A stretch of DNA of 64,000 bases, taken from NCBI GenBank assembly GCA_022562795.1, contig JADFOP010000003.1, forward strand, positions 25,197-89,196. Direction: 5' to 3'. This document shows, piece after piece, positions 50,638 to 59,893 of the stretch; positions within the stretch are counted from its first letter, which is position 1, and every line of letters starts with the position of its first letter. The stretch comes from Nitrospinota bacterium. GTDB lineage: Bacteria; JADFOP01. The position numbers were made by a program, and so were the translations under genes. The notes beneath the pieces are model-generated. The model did not search any database, had not been told where the DNA came from, and was given only the letters and a program-made list of their open reading frames with translations.

Positions 50638-50910
50638 ATGCTCCTCGCTCAGGTAGTCGGTACGGTGAACTCAACGGTCAAGCAACCTGCATTGATCGGA
50701 CACACCGTTCTTTGCGTGGAGCCCCGCGACGAGGCCTGGCAGTCGACGGGAGAACCCTCCTTCCTCGCGATCGATTTCGCACTGGCCGGGGTGGGCGACC
50801 GGGTGCTGGTGGTGCGCGAGGGCGGGGCGAGCCGTCTCACCATGGGGGTGGAAGACGCCCCCGTCCACGCCGTCGTCGTAGGCATCGTGGATGCCGTCGA
50901 AGGGAGATAG
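50638..50910 (+). CDS. BMC-P vertex protein (third paralog)
   Basis: MLLAQVVGTVNSTVKQP...DRVLVVREGGASR...HAVVVGIVDAV EutN/CcmL pattern. 90 aa. Confidence 0.8.
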   Translation: MLLAQVVGTVNSTVKQPALIGHTVLCVEPRDEAWQSTGEPSFLAIDFALAGVGDRVLVVREGGASRLTMGVEDAPVHAVVVGIVDAVEGR

Positions 50911-50917
50911 TGAGGTT

Positions 50918-51724
50918 ATGGGAATGGCCATCGCCGCACCCTGGCAGACCGAGAAAATGCTCCGAGAGGAAATGTGCCGCATAGGACGGCTCATCTATGA
51001 GCGGGGCTTCATCGCCGCCACCGACGGCAACCTCTCGGTGCGTCTCGACGACGAACGGGTCCTCTGCACTCCGTCTGGCCTCTGCAAGGGATTTCTCGAG
51101 CCGTCAGACCTGGTGGTGGTGGACTTTGATTTGAAGCTGCTGAAGGGGGTCGGTCAGGCTAGCACTGAGATACTTATGCACTTGGGGGCATACCGGGCCC
51201 GGCCCGAAGTTCGCGCCGTCATTCACGCTCACCCGCCCACGGCGATCGCCTTCTCCATCGGGGGGCGGTCTGAGGCTCTTGCCGGGGCTTTCTTGCCGGA
51301 GGTCGTCTACACCCTTGGGGCCATCCCGACGGCCCGCTACGCGACCCCCGGCACGGCTGATGTCCCGGCGAGCCTCGAGCCCTACTGGGCCAAGTGCGAC
51401 GCCATCATCCTCGACCGACACGGCTCCATCACGGTGGGAGAGACCCTGTTGGAGGCCTACCTGAAGCTCGACAAGGTGGAGCACGCCGCCAAGGTGACCT
51501 TCATGGCTACGCTGCTGGGAACGCCCCGGCCCCTTCCGGCCAAGGAGGTTGAAAAGCTCGCCCTTCAGGGAGCGGCCAGGGGCTACCCGACCGAGTGCTC
51601 GGCCTGCGCCGACGGCGGGGTCTGCGATCGGGAGGCGCCCGAGGGTGATCGCGGCCTATCCGATGCGGTCGAGGAGTCTATCGTCGAAGAGGTGCTTCGG
51701 GCTGTCCGGAAGGCGGCAGGGTAA
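50918..51724 (+). CDS. class II aldolase/adducin-family enzyme (L-fuculose/rhamnulose-1-phosphate aldolase-like) with C-terminal encapsulation-peptide-like helix
   Basis: GNLSVRLDD...VLCTPSG and AVIHAHPPTAIAFS (Zn-binding His) typical of FucA/RhaD/AraD. C-terminal extension ends in the amphipathic LSDAVEESIVEEVLRAVRKAAG after a Cys-rich linker. Confidence 0.8.
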   Translation: MGMAIAAPWQTEKMLREEMCRIGRLIYERGFIAATDGNLSVRLDDERVLCTPSGLCKGFLEPSDLVVVDFDLKLLKGVGQASTEILMHLGAYRARPEVRAVIHAHPPTAIAFSIGGRSEALAGAFLPEVVYTLGAIPTARYATPGTADVPASLEPYWAKCDAIILDRHGSITVGETLLEAYLKLDKVEHAAKVTFMATLLGTPRPLPAKEVEKLALQGAARGYPTECSACADGGVCDREAPEGDRGLSDAVEESIVEEVLRAVRKAAG

Positions 51725-51775
51725 AGGCGACGAACTCTACCCCCTCCGCCCAGGATACCTGAGGGCCGTGCTTGC

Positions 51776-54700
51776 CTATCCCCCCTCCTCCATTAGCTTG
51801 ACGACCTGGCCCTCCAGGACCGATTCACCCCGTTGATTCACGATCTCAATAGAGAGCGGCACGATGGGAGGCCCCTGGCCTTTCTTCGAGCGGCGAATGT
51901 CTGACGGCTCAGGAGCAGTCACTGTCACGGTGAGGTCGTCGCCCGCCTCGATGGGGGCACCGAAGGCCGAGACCTCGGCGCTTAGAAGGAGGTGGCCCGG
52001 TGCGCTCTCGGCTGAGGCCATGGCCATGGTTCCGATAGCGAGCAGGGCGCTCAGCTGGTGCAGGTCGAGCGCCCCGAAGAGGGCTCTGGTCGCACGGACG
52101 ATCTCGTCGGTGATGGGTTTGGTTATGCTTTGGACGCGGGGGCTTGCCGGGTTGGTGAAGTCGTGAATGACGTCGGGCACTGATGGGGCGACGTCGTCGG
52201 CCCACGCCCTCACCCAGGGAAGCTCCGCTGGGGCCGGGACAACCGGCTCTGGGCGGGCCTGGCGCCGGATGGTCGTCTCGCCCTCGCATACCACCGTCCC
52301 CGCCTGGTTGAGGGCCTTTAGAGCCAGGCGGGCTCGGCCGTCGTCGGAGACCTCCTCGACGTAGGCCACGGAGGTCAGCGTGTCGTCGAAAGCCACCGGG
52401 GCGCGGAAGCGCACCGTTAGGGTTTCTTCCGTATCTCCGGGCAGCAGCCGCCCCAGGCTCGCGAGCATAAGAGAGGTGGTGAGCAGCCCGTGGGCCACGA
52501 GCCCGCCGAAGCGGGAGGCATCGGCGTAGGCCTTATCGAGATGGTAGCGGTTCCGGTCGCCCGAGGTCTTTGCGAAGGTCTGAACCATCCATTCCCTAAC
52601 CGGGGTTGCGTAGCCGACCAGTGTCTGGCCGGGGAAGACGGCTGTGCCCAGCTGCTCCGTGCCGCCGGGCCTCAGGGCGAGCAGGAGCCGCTCGCGGGCG
52701 GTGACGTAGCGCTCGGCCTCATCGTCGGTGAGGTGGTCGGCCTTGAAAGCCCTCTCAAGCTGGCCGTAGTATATACGCGCCGTGGCGGCGTCCACGAGCT
52801 CAGGCTGGTTGGTCACCGGGTCGTTGTAGGCCACCGCCCCGAGCTTCCGCTCCTGGTCGGCCGTGGCGTATAGCTCGAGTATCTCCAGCGCCCTCTCGAC
52901 CGAGTTGGTCCACCGGGAAAGGAACGCGGCCCCTTCAGGGGTTGAGAGGTCCTCCGGGGGGGTCCCGGCCCTGGGCGGGTTCATGATGGCGGCCACGGCG
53001 TCGGCCTGCTCAGGGGTGACGAGCTTGCCGTGAAAGCCGAGGTTGGCAACGAAAGAAGCCTCGTCCTCGACCTTTTCCGGCTCACTCGGCCCGTCGATTG
53101 CGTCGATGTCGGCCTGTGCAGTGGCGGCGACCAGCGCCGAGTGGTAATAGAGGTAGCCCTTGGTTGCGGGGTCAGCGAGGTCCTCTTTAGGCATGTCTTG
53201 GGCGAGATCGAGGATGAGCCACATCATGCGGCGGCTCGCCTCTGCGATGGCCTCTGAGTCCCGCTCCACGCTTTCGGGCTTCGTAAGCCTCACCCCTAGG
53301 GCCAGGGCGCCCACCTCCAGGCCCACCTCGCGCTCGGCTTCGGTAAGCAGCCCTGCGGCCTCGCGGACCGTGGCGACATCGTCCACCTCAGGGAGGACGA
53401 TGCCGTGGATGGTCTCGCCGAGGGCTCCAAGGAGGCTGGCCAGCCCGGATGCGGCCCCCTCGCCGCGTAGGTCGGCCTGGCAGGCTACCACCTTTCCTCC
53501 TCCCTCCGATTTCAAGGCCTCGGCCAAAGCCTCGTGGGTGGCTTCTTGTCCGGGCGCGAGGAGCCCATCGACGTCGCAGATGATCATGTCGGCCCTAGAA
53601 GCTACGGCCACTCGGACGGATTCGAGGTCGTCGCCTTTGGCTTCGACCACCGAGCGGGCGAGGACGACGGGCCGGGGGATGAAGACGGTGGGGGGCAAGA
53701 TGGGCCGGGCCTCTGCGGCAAGCCGCTTGAGCTCCTCGAGGTCGAAGGGCTCGATGGGCTCGTATTCCAGCCGCCTTCGGACCGGCGACGGGAAGTGCGA
53801 GGCGTGTCGGGCGATGCCTTCGATGTGGGCCGGATGGACGCTCCATTTGCGGTGGATGCCGATGGAGATGGCCTTAGTGGTGTCCTGCTCCGTATCGTCA
53901 GCGTTGAGCTTTACCGTGATACCCGTGCCGGCGACCTTCCCGGTTGCGCGGGCCGCCTCGACGATGGTCAGCAGCGGGAAGCGCATGTAGGTGTACTGCT
54001 GCTGCTGGACGATGCTTCGGCCCCCCGTGGCCGCCGTGTAGTCGACGACACCCAGGTTTATCTCCTCAACTTCGGGCGCCGCGGCGAGTATCTGGCGGGC
54101 CTGGAGAATGGCCCCCGGCAGCTCGGTAAGGACGAAGACCTTGTGGCGAGCGGGCCGCCAGCCCCGCTCGGCCTGGATGGCTCTGAGTATTCTGACTGCC
54201 ACGAGCACGTCGTCCGCATCCTTGACCTTCGGCAGATAGATGCCGTCGATTAAGTCCCCCACCTCCCGGATCACATGGATGTAGTCGCCTGCCGACCAAC
54301 TCGTCCGAAGGTTGTTGGGCCTCACAAGGATCATCTGGTCGGGGGGAAGGCGGAGGTCTGGCTTGAGGGCGAGGCCGCCTTCGGTTGGCTCGAAGGCTTC
54401 GGCCAGCTGGTCGGCCCGGCCCTCGGGCATGGCGTGCTCCTGGAGGAAGGCTACGTCCTCAGGGGTCAAGACCTGGCCGCGGAAGGCCCTAATCAGCAGT
54501 GCGATGACCGGGCGGGCGATCTCCTTGCGGGTGGTCGCTACGGCATCTTCGATGTCTAGCAGAAGAATGTGAGCATCCGATTGGGCCGCCTTGTGCAAGA
54601 AGTACCAGTTGTCGCCTGGGAAGACGTGCTCGATGGTCCGGGGGCGGAGCTCCCAGCTCAAACGATCTATGACCGCCTCTCGGCTCGCCTTAGGGTCGAG

Positions 54701-54799
54701 GGCCTGCAAGGCCTCCAACCGCTCGGCGACCTCTGCCTCAGCTTCGGCGTCGTGGCCACCGTACGCCTCAACAATCTCGCTCCAGGCTTGATCCGTCAT
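51776..54799 (-). CDS. mega-fusion: two CitE/HpcH-type (malyl/citramalyl-CoA lyase-like) domains + MaoC-like (R)-hydratase hot-dog + second hot-dog
   Basis: Start trimmed to MTDQAWSEIV (AAGGAA RBS at 54804-54810). CitE motif RTIEHVFPG...HILLLDIEDAV. A second degenerate CitE-like repeat (ADMIICDVDGL...IHGIVLPEVDDV). MaoC core NRYHLDKAYADASRFGGLVAHGLLTTSL...FRAPVAFDDTL, followed by a second hot-dog. The 104-codon ORF-track 5' extension is low-complexity. Confidence 0.7.
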   Translation of the reverse strand: MTDQAWSEIVEAYGGHDAEAEAEVAERLEALQALDPKASREAVIDRLSWELRPRTIEHVFPGDNWYFLHKAAQSDAHILLLDIEDAVATTRKEIARPVIALLIRAFRGQVLTPEDVAFLQEHAMPEGRADQLAEAFEPTEGGLALKPDLRLPPDQMILVRPNNLRTSWSAGDYIHVIREVGDLIDGIYLPKVKDADDVLVAVRILRAIQAERGWRPARHKVFVLTELPGAILQARQILAAAPEVEEINLGVVDYTAATGGRSIVQQQQYTYMRFPLLTIVEAARATGKVAGTGITVKLNADDTEQDTTKAISIGIHRKWSVHPAHIEGIARHASHFPSPVRRRLEYEPIEPFDLEELKRLAAEARPILPPTVFIPRPVVLARSVVEAKGDDLESVRVAVASRADMIICDVDGLLAPGQEATHEALAEALKSEGGGKVVACQADLRGEGAASGLASLLGALGETIHGIVLPEVDDVATVREAAGLLTEAEREVGLEVGALALGVRLTKPESVERDSEAIAEASRRMMWLILDLAQDMPKEDLADPATKGYLYYHSALVAATAQADIDAIDGPSEPEKVEDEASFVANLGFHGKLVTPEQADAVAAIMNPPRAGTPPEDLSTPEGAAFLSRWTNSVERALEILELYATADQERKLGAVAYNDPVTNQPELVDAATARIYYGQLERAFKADHLTDDEAERYVTARERLLLALRPGGTEQLGTAVFPGQTLVGYATPVREWMVQTFAKTSGDRNRYHLDKAYADASRFGGLVAHGLLTTSLMLASLGRLLPGDTEETLTVRFRAPVAFDDTLTSVAYVEEVSDDGRARLALKALNQAGTVVCEGETTIRRQARPEPVVPAPAELPWVRAWADDVAPSVPDVIHDFTNPASPRVQSITKPITDEIVRATRALFGALDLHQLSALLAIGTMAMASAESAPGHLLLSAEVSAFGAPIEAGDDLTVTVTAPEPSDIRRSKKGQGPPIVPLSIEIVNQRGESVLEGQVVKLMEEGG

Positions 54800-54980
54800 C
54801 ACAGTTCCTTCGGGTAACACGTCATGGGGATACCCAATCGGCCTGTGCCGTCGTGCGCTACGCTCGGTGAAAAGGTCTCGAAGCGGTGACGCGGTTGCCC
54901 CGGCTTTACTGTAACCGAGGTTTTCAGGTGGTTGACCCAAATTATAACCCGAATCCGAGGCGCTTTCAAGCGCTAGAGCC

Positions 54981-55009
54981 TTGACGGACCCCCAAGGCGT
55001 CCGTATAGT
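54981..55009 (+). promoter_or_regulatory. sigma-70-like promoter
   Basis: TTGACG-N17-TATAGT ~30 nt upstream of the 55039 ORF. Confidence 0.4.
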
Positions 55010-55038
55010 GGGCCTTTGCCACATCGAGGAGGTCGTGC

Positions 55039-55509
55039 ATGGAGCGTGGGGCATTGAGGTTTTGGCGGTGGGGCGCTGTCGCCCTGTTTGCTCTCGGACT
55101 GCTAATACCATTCCCCTCTGCGGCAGCCGACCTCTCGAAGGAAGAGGCGGTTAAGAAAGTCATCGAGAAGGTTGTTCTGCCGAGCTCCAATCGAGAGACC
55201 CTCCGGGCGCATTTTTGGCCCCATCCCCTCCGTCCTGGTGATGTGATAACCGTATTCAGACCTGATGGCGAGCGCTGGCCCATCAAAGAGCCGACATGGT
55301 TCTTCTGGATCGACGACCTGCCCGAGGCTCTCTTCGGCCACCCCGCACGTTTTGTCTACGTCGATGTTGCGACGGGGGCCATTACCGTTCAACGTGCGGA
55401 TTCCTGGCCGGCCCTGAACGGCGAGACCTTGTGGGGATTTGCCGAGGAGCGAGAGGACCCACGGTTCGTTATCTATCCGCTTAAGCGCCCTGGGGGTCCA
55501 GGGAAGTGA
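55039..55509 (+). CDS. secreted PepSY-like small protein
   Basis: Signal peptide. KEEAVKKVIEKVV ... ARFVYVDVATGAITV resembles the PepSY beta-hairpin C-terminus. Confidence 0.4.
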   Translation: MERGALRFWRWGAVALFALGLLIPFPSAAADLSKEEAVKKVIEKVVLPSSNRETLRAHFWPHPLRPGDVITVFRPDGERWPIKEPTWFFWIDDLPEALFGHPARFVYVDVATGAITVQRADSWPALNGETLWGFAEEREDPRFVIYPLKRPGGPGK

Positions 55510-57170
55510 GCGGGGTGCGTTGTTCACAGGGACTGGTTCTGCTGCTGGCTTTGGCGGTGGGCCTGCCGACTTCGGCGTGGGCAGGGAAACACTGCCCAAA
55601 GGTACCCTGCATTGATGGGGCTCCGCCGAAGAAATTCGCCCTAATCATTGATGGACATAACACTCTCGACTTTAACCCTAACTCAGTCGGACTGTATGAC
55701 ATCCTCAAGGGTTTGGGCTACGAGGTCACCTTCCTCTCCCCGCGGTTCCAGGAGACAGGCTATAAGGGCAAGGCCAATGGAACCACGACTCTTCCTGCTA
55801 TCAAGGCGGAATTCGAGGCCCTGGGGGCTAAGGCCCGCTGCTGCGATGATGTTGTCATCGCTTTCTTTGCCCATGGTTGGTCCGGCCTTTCGATCTATCC
55901 TCCTGACAAGGCCGCTGAGGAGGCAAAGAAGTGGAACCCGGACAAGGACCCAGGAAAGTGGCACCCCAGCCTTTCGTTGAACCCCTACGAGAAAAGCAAG
56001 ACCAGCGGAAAAGAAGCCGGAGATAAAAAAGGGGGTTCCCTCACTTTCAACAAGCTTGCGAAATGGCTCGATCTGGTCAAGTCGTGCGACGTCAAGATCT
56101 ACATCAATTCCTGCTACAGTGGGTCGTTCCAAGGCTTGAAGAACTCTAAGCAGCGGGACAACTGCTACTGTCGAACGGTGTATACTAGTTCAAAACCAGA
56201 GCTGGTTTCTTATGGGCCTAGTAGCTTCATCTCAGGCTACGGCGAGGTGCCAAATAAGAAGGGAGATCCTACGTCCTTTCACGGGGTCTTTGTCAAGGCG
56301 GTAAAGAGTCAAAAGGATCTAATAAAAAAGTTAGAGAAAAGAACGGGGAAAAAGCTACGGATTATCGATACACCGCAGATATATGAAGGAGACATAGTGC
56401 TTTGTTTAGACGGCGACGGCGACAACCTCTGCGACGGGCTGGAGAGTTTCTATGGCACCGACCCGCTGGTGGCGGATTCGGACGCTGATGGAGTGAGTGA
56501 CGGTCAGGAGGTGAGTGACGGCACCAAGCCCCTTATTCGCGACAGCGACGGGGACAAGCTCTCGGACGGCGAAGAGAAAAAGATGGGAACTAATCCCAAT
56601 AAGAAAGATACCGATGGCGACGGCCTGAACGATAAATATGAAATGTTTGCAGGGACCAACCCCCTCCTCTCAGACACAGACGGAGACGGCATCTCAGACG
56701 GGGAGGAAGTGCTGCGCCTCCACACGAACCCGCTACGTGCGGATACCCCCGCTAAGAAGAAGACCGCCGGGCTCATCCCCAGCGATGTAGAGTCCATGGT
56801 CGCTGTCATCCCTCCTGGGCCCATGGTCGAGGCGTACATAGCCATGGCGGTGGAAGCACACGACCGGTTCCGCGACCTCGACGCGGCCCACGACTGGCTG
56901 GAGAGGGCGTTGGAGCTCGATCCGGATAACTATGTGGCCAAGGGTATCCTTGACAGGGTTAAGGCAGAGGAGCAGCAGGTAGGCCTCCAGCGGGCCGGCG
57001 TGGTCTTGGGCGCCCTTCAGCAGATGCTGGCCGAACAGGCACGGAGAGAGCAAGAGCAGCAGGAACATGAGGAGTACAAGGAGAGCCACCCAGGGGGGGA
57101 GCGCCATCCGGGCGGCGGGGAGCGCCCTCCCGTTGAGGAGTGGGACCCGCCACCAAAGGAGGACTACTGA
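55506..57170 (+). CDS. secreted clan-CD (caspase/legumain-fold) peptidase-like protein with thrombospondin-type-3 Ca-binding repeats and C-terminal helical domain
   Basis: Signal peptide LVLLLALAVGLPTSAWA. Putative His/Cys dyad context FFAHGWSG ... IYINSCYSGSF. Five DxDxDGxxDxxE repeats (DGDGDNLCDGLE, DSDADGVSDGQE, DSDGDKLSDGEE, DTDGDGLNDKYE, DTDGDGISDGEE). C-terminal TPR-like/helical tail rich in E/Q. Confidence 0.55.
   Translation: MSGVRCSQGLVLLLALAVGLPTSAWAGKHCPKVPCIDGAPPKKFALIIDGHNTLDFNPNSVGLYDILKGLGYEVTFLSPRFQETGYKGKANGTTTLPAIKAEFEALGAKARCCDDVVIAFFAHGWSGLSIYPPDKAAEEAKKWNPDKDPGKWHPSLSLNPYEKSKTSGKEAGDKKGGSLTFNKLAKWLDLVKSCDVKIYINSCYSGSFQGLKNSKQRDNCYCRTVYTSSKPELVSYGPSSFISGYGEVPNKKGDPTSFHGVFVKAVKSQKDLIKKLEKRTGKKLRIIDTPQIYEGDIVLCLDGDGDNLCDGLESFYGTDPLVADSDADGVSDGQEVSDGTKPLIRDSDGDKLSDGEEKKMGTNPNKKDTDGDGLNDKYEMFAGTNPLLSDTDGDGISDGEEVLRLHTNPLRADTPAKKKTAGLIPSDVESMVAVIPPGPMVEAYIAMAVEAHDRFRDLDAAHDWLERALELDPDNYVAKGILDRVKAEEQQVGLQRAGVVLGALQQMLAEQARREQEQQEHEEYKESHPGGERHPGGGERPPVEEWDPPPKEDY
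56401..56720 (+). repeat. coding repeats for TSP3-like Asp-rich Ca-binding motifs
   Basis: Recurring gacggcgacgg / gatggcgacgg / gacggagacgg ... tcagacgg units at ~36-45 bp spacing. Confidence 0.55.
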
Positions 57171-57811
57171 TGCGCCAACGCGTCCTTGTCCTCGTTGCCC
57201 TCGCGGTTTCTCTCCTTTGGCCGGCCTCGGCTCTGGCCGGGCGACCGGCCGTCTGCCTGCCTACATTCACCGACGCTCGACCCGTCAAGAGCCCTGATTC
57301 GGTGCCATACAACGTGAAGGCCGAGAATACTCCTAAACCCTTACGGGCACATCCTCGCGAGGGCCCTGCAGAGGTGCGCCGCATGGTCTTAAGAGCCCTG
57401 AAAGCGGAGCGCGGGATTGAGGTAATTGACCTCGCCGACGCCGACCTCCAACACCTGGCCGACGACCCCAACTTCAACCGTTGCTCCATCGTCGTAGGCG
57501 GTGCGGTCTTCCACTACGAGGGCACCGTGGCCGTGGACATCTACGGCACAAAGCTCTTTACGGGCCTTGTGGGCTTTGAGCTCGTCGCCGCAGATTCGCG
57601 CCGGGGCCACCTGACCTTCCCTCCGGTCGCCTTTGCGGGCCGGCGCCAGAGCGAGCCGGTTAAGGCCGACGACGATTTCGGGACGAACGACCGCCAGACC
57701 TTCAAGGAGTGGATTGGCGAAGCCCTGAAGACCGCTTCGGCGAGCCTGCCCGCCCGGTTCGTCCGGCCGGCTGTTGCCGCTGCCCGCCGGGACGCCCCAC
57801 CTCCCCAATAG
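57170..57811 (+). CDS. secreted hypothetical protein
   Basis: ATG overlaps the upstream stop (TGATG). Signal peptide MRQRVLVLVALAVSLLWPASALA. Confidence 0.45.
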   Translation: MRQRVLVLVALAVSLLWPASALAGRPAVCLPTFTDARPVKSPDSVPYNVKAENTPKPLRAHPREGPAEVRRMVLRALKAERGIEVIDLADADLQHLADDPNFNRCSIVVGGAVFHYEGTVAVDIYGTKLFTGLVGFELVAADSRRGHLTFPPVAFAGRRQSEPVKADDDFGTNDRQTFKEWIGEALKTASASLPARFVRPAVAAARRDAPPPQ

Positions 57812-57951
57812 AGAGCCTTTCCTCCCTTCTCCCCTTGCCCAGCCTCGTGGGCGGTGGTATATTCTTGGGTATAAAGACCCTGCTGGGCCTACACAGAAGG
57901 GAATGGGAGTGACAATTCGTTTCCTATAAACGCACGCGGGGGGAAGACCGT

Positions 57952-58602
57952 ATGAAGCTCTTCATCGATAGCGCCGACATTGACGAGATAACCGAGGCCC
58001 AGGCCCTGGGGGTCCTCGACGGGGTGACGACCAACCCCTCTCTCATCGCCAGGACGGGGAAGCCCTTCGAGCAGGTGGTGCGCGAAATTCTAAAGGTCAT
58101 CGATGGCCCGGTGAACCTTGAAGTGGTTGGGACCGACGCCGAGACCATGGTGGCCGAGGGGCGAAAGCTCGCCGCCTTCGGCGAAAATGTGGTTGTGAAA
58201 ATTCCCATGCTGCCCGAGGGCCTAAAGGCCGTGAAGCGTCTGACCTCCGAGGGGTTCAAGACCAACGTGACGTTGATATTCTCCCCCTCCCAGGCGTTGC
58301 TCGCCGCAAAGGCCGGGGCGAGCTACGTGAGCCCCTTCGTCGGCCGCCTGGACGACATCAGTCACGAGGGCATGGAGATCGTCGCCCAGATTCGTGAGAT
58401 CTACGACAACTACGACTACGGAACCGAGATTCTCGCGGCCTCTCTTCGCCACCCTATCCACTTTATAGAGGCGGCCCGGCTCGGGGCCGATGTGGCGACG
58501 CTGCCGCTCAAGGTCATTCTCAGCCTCACCCAGCACCCTCTGACCGACAAAGGCTTGGCAACCTTCCTGGCCGACTGGGAGAAGGTGCAGGATAAGTTTT
58601 AG
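57952..58602 (+). CDS. tal: transaldolase (short-form, FSA/TalC-like)
   Basis: [13 protein letters not shown]...[11 protein letters not shown]...VVVKIP (Schiff-base Lys)...SPFVGRLDD. Confidence 0.9.
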   Translation: MKLFIDSADIDEITEAQALGVLDGVTTNPSLIARTGKPFEQVVREILKVIDGPVNLEVVGTDAETMVAEGRKLAAFGENVVVKIPMLPEGLKAVKRLTSEGFKTNVTLIFSPSQALLAAKAGASYVSPFVGRLDDISHEGMEIVAQIREIYDNYDYGTEILAASLRHPIHFIEAARLGADVATLPLKVILSLTQHPLTDKGLATFLADWEKVQDKF

Positions 58603-58634
58603 CGGAGCGCCCTTAAGGGCAAACGGAGAGCATC

Positions 58635-58835
58635 ATGCCCATATATGAGTTCACATGCCCCGGCTGCGGGAACGAATTTGAAAAGCTCGTCATGGGGGGC
58701 TCGGTGGCTGTGGCCTGTCCCGCGTGCGGGGCCGACGAGGTGGAGCGCCGCATGAGCATCTTCGGCGTGGGTGGCGGGGCGGCGGCGTCCTCGAACCCTG
58801 GGTCCGGCAACGGCCCGACCTACTCCGGCGGCTGA
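58635..58835 (+). CDS. FmdB-family zinc-ribbon protein
   Basis: MPIYEFTCPGCGNEFE...CPACG is the FmdB hallmark. Confidence 0.75.
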   Translation: MPIYEFTCPGCGNEFEKLVMGGSVAVACPACGADEVERRMSIFGVGGGAAASSNPGSGNGPTYSGG

Positions 58836-58941
58836 CGGAGCTGCGCCTGTCGGTGAGCGGGCCGGTCGGCCCGACGCCCCTTCCGAGACTTCTTCCGCAC
58901 ACAGAGCCTCGACGTCTCTTACCCTCTCCCTAACTTAGAAG

Positions 58942-59580
58942 GTGGTGAAGGAGACCGCGCCGATGGAGCGTAGGGAAACACCTGAGAGTCGCCTGGAGCG
59001 CCTGACGGACCTATTTCGAGAGAAATCCTTCAAACGCGGGACCTTCAAGCTTGCCAGCGGCATCACCAGCCGGTACTACTTCAACGCCAAGCCCACGCTC
59101 TTCACCGCCGAGGGCTCCCGCCTGGTGGGCGAGCTGGTGTGCGACGAGGCCGCCCGCCTGCAAGCGACGGCCCTGGGGGGCCTTATGGTGGGAGCGGTGC
59201 CCATTGTCCACGCCGCCCTTGCCGTGGCCGCCGAGCGCGGCTTAGCCCTCAAGGGCTTCTGGGTCCGTAAAGAACCCAAGGACCACGGCACCGAGCGGCT
59301 CATCGAGGGCGAGCTTGAGGCGAGCGACAGAATACTCATCGTCGATGATGTCATCACGACGGGCAACTCCATCCGGCGGACCGTCGAGGCCCTCGCCGAG
59401 GCTGGCTGCAGCGAGATCGCCGGCGTCTGTGTCCTGCTCGATCGCCGCCAGCGCTCGCCCGCCGAAAGCGCCGAGCTCGAGGCCCTTGGGCTTGTGAGCC
59501 TCATGGATCTGGCCAGCTTCCTTGAGGCGGAGGAGATCGCCGCGATGGAGGCAGAGGCGGCGAATCGGCCCGCCTCCTGA
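58942..59580 (+). CDS. pyrE: orotate phosphoribosyltransferase
   Basis: PRPP-binding motif ILIVDDVITTGNS with F-K-L-A-S-G flexible-loop residues. Confidence 0.85.
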   Translation: MVKETAPMERRETPESRLERLTDLFREKSFKRGTFKLASGITSRYYFNAKPTLFTAEGSRLVGELVCDEAARLQATALGGLMVGAVPIVHAALAVAAERGLALKGFWVRKEPKDHGTERLIEGELEASDRILIVDDVITTGNSIRRTVEALAEAGCSEIAGVCVLLDRRQRSPAESAELEALGLVSLMDLASFLEAEEIAAMEAEAANRPAS

Positions 59581-59673
59581 CGGAGGCCCCCTCTAGATGG
59601 TGTCGGGGTTCCGCCTGAGGTGGACGCCCCTGCCTCCTCATCGTGCTCGCTCGCCGCCCTTCACTATTACTAG

Positions 59674-59871
59674 CTAGTAGCCTTTCTCATCTGTCCGCTC
59701 TTTCGCAGCGTCTTCCGTCGTCCGGCGGCCAACCTGTTTGATGTGGCCCTTGGGCCATTTCTTCTGGTGCTCGCCCTCGCGCCGCTCCAGGTCGTCGGTG
59801 ATGCCTCCGTGGACGATCTTGTTTCCAATCTTGAATTGGTACTTGTACGTGTCACGAGGTTTCTTAGCCAT
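59674..59871 (-). CDS. small basic protein with GIY-YIG-like motif
   Basis: AAGGAGGA RBS 9 nt before the ATG. YKYQFKIGNKIVHGGITDDLERREGEH resembles the GIY...YIG...R...E core. Confidence 0.35.
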   Translation of the reverse strand: MAKKPRDTYKYQFKIGNKIVHGGITDDLERREGEHQKKWPKGHIKQVGRRTTEDAAKERTDEKGY

Positions 59872-59893
59872 TGACACAATCCTCCTTCTTCTC

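Noticed and set aside
53160-54253. Plus-strand ORFs 53160..53990 and 53534..54253 (276 and 239 aa)
   Set aside because: They lie entirely inside, and antisense to, the domain-supported CitE/MaoC gene. Composition is Ala/Arg/Ser-rich, typical of GC-rich antisense frames.
54800-55111. 104-codon 5' extension (MVLAVREQTGRQRPTAKTS...) of the big lyase-hydratase ORF
   Set aside because: It is low-complexity and Pro/Arg/Ser/Thr-rich with no RBS. A proper AAGGAA RBS precedes the internal ATG at 54799, and the extension overlaps the divergent promoter and start region of the 55039 gene.
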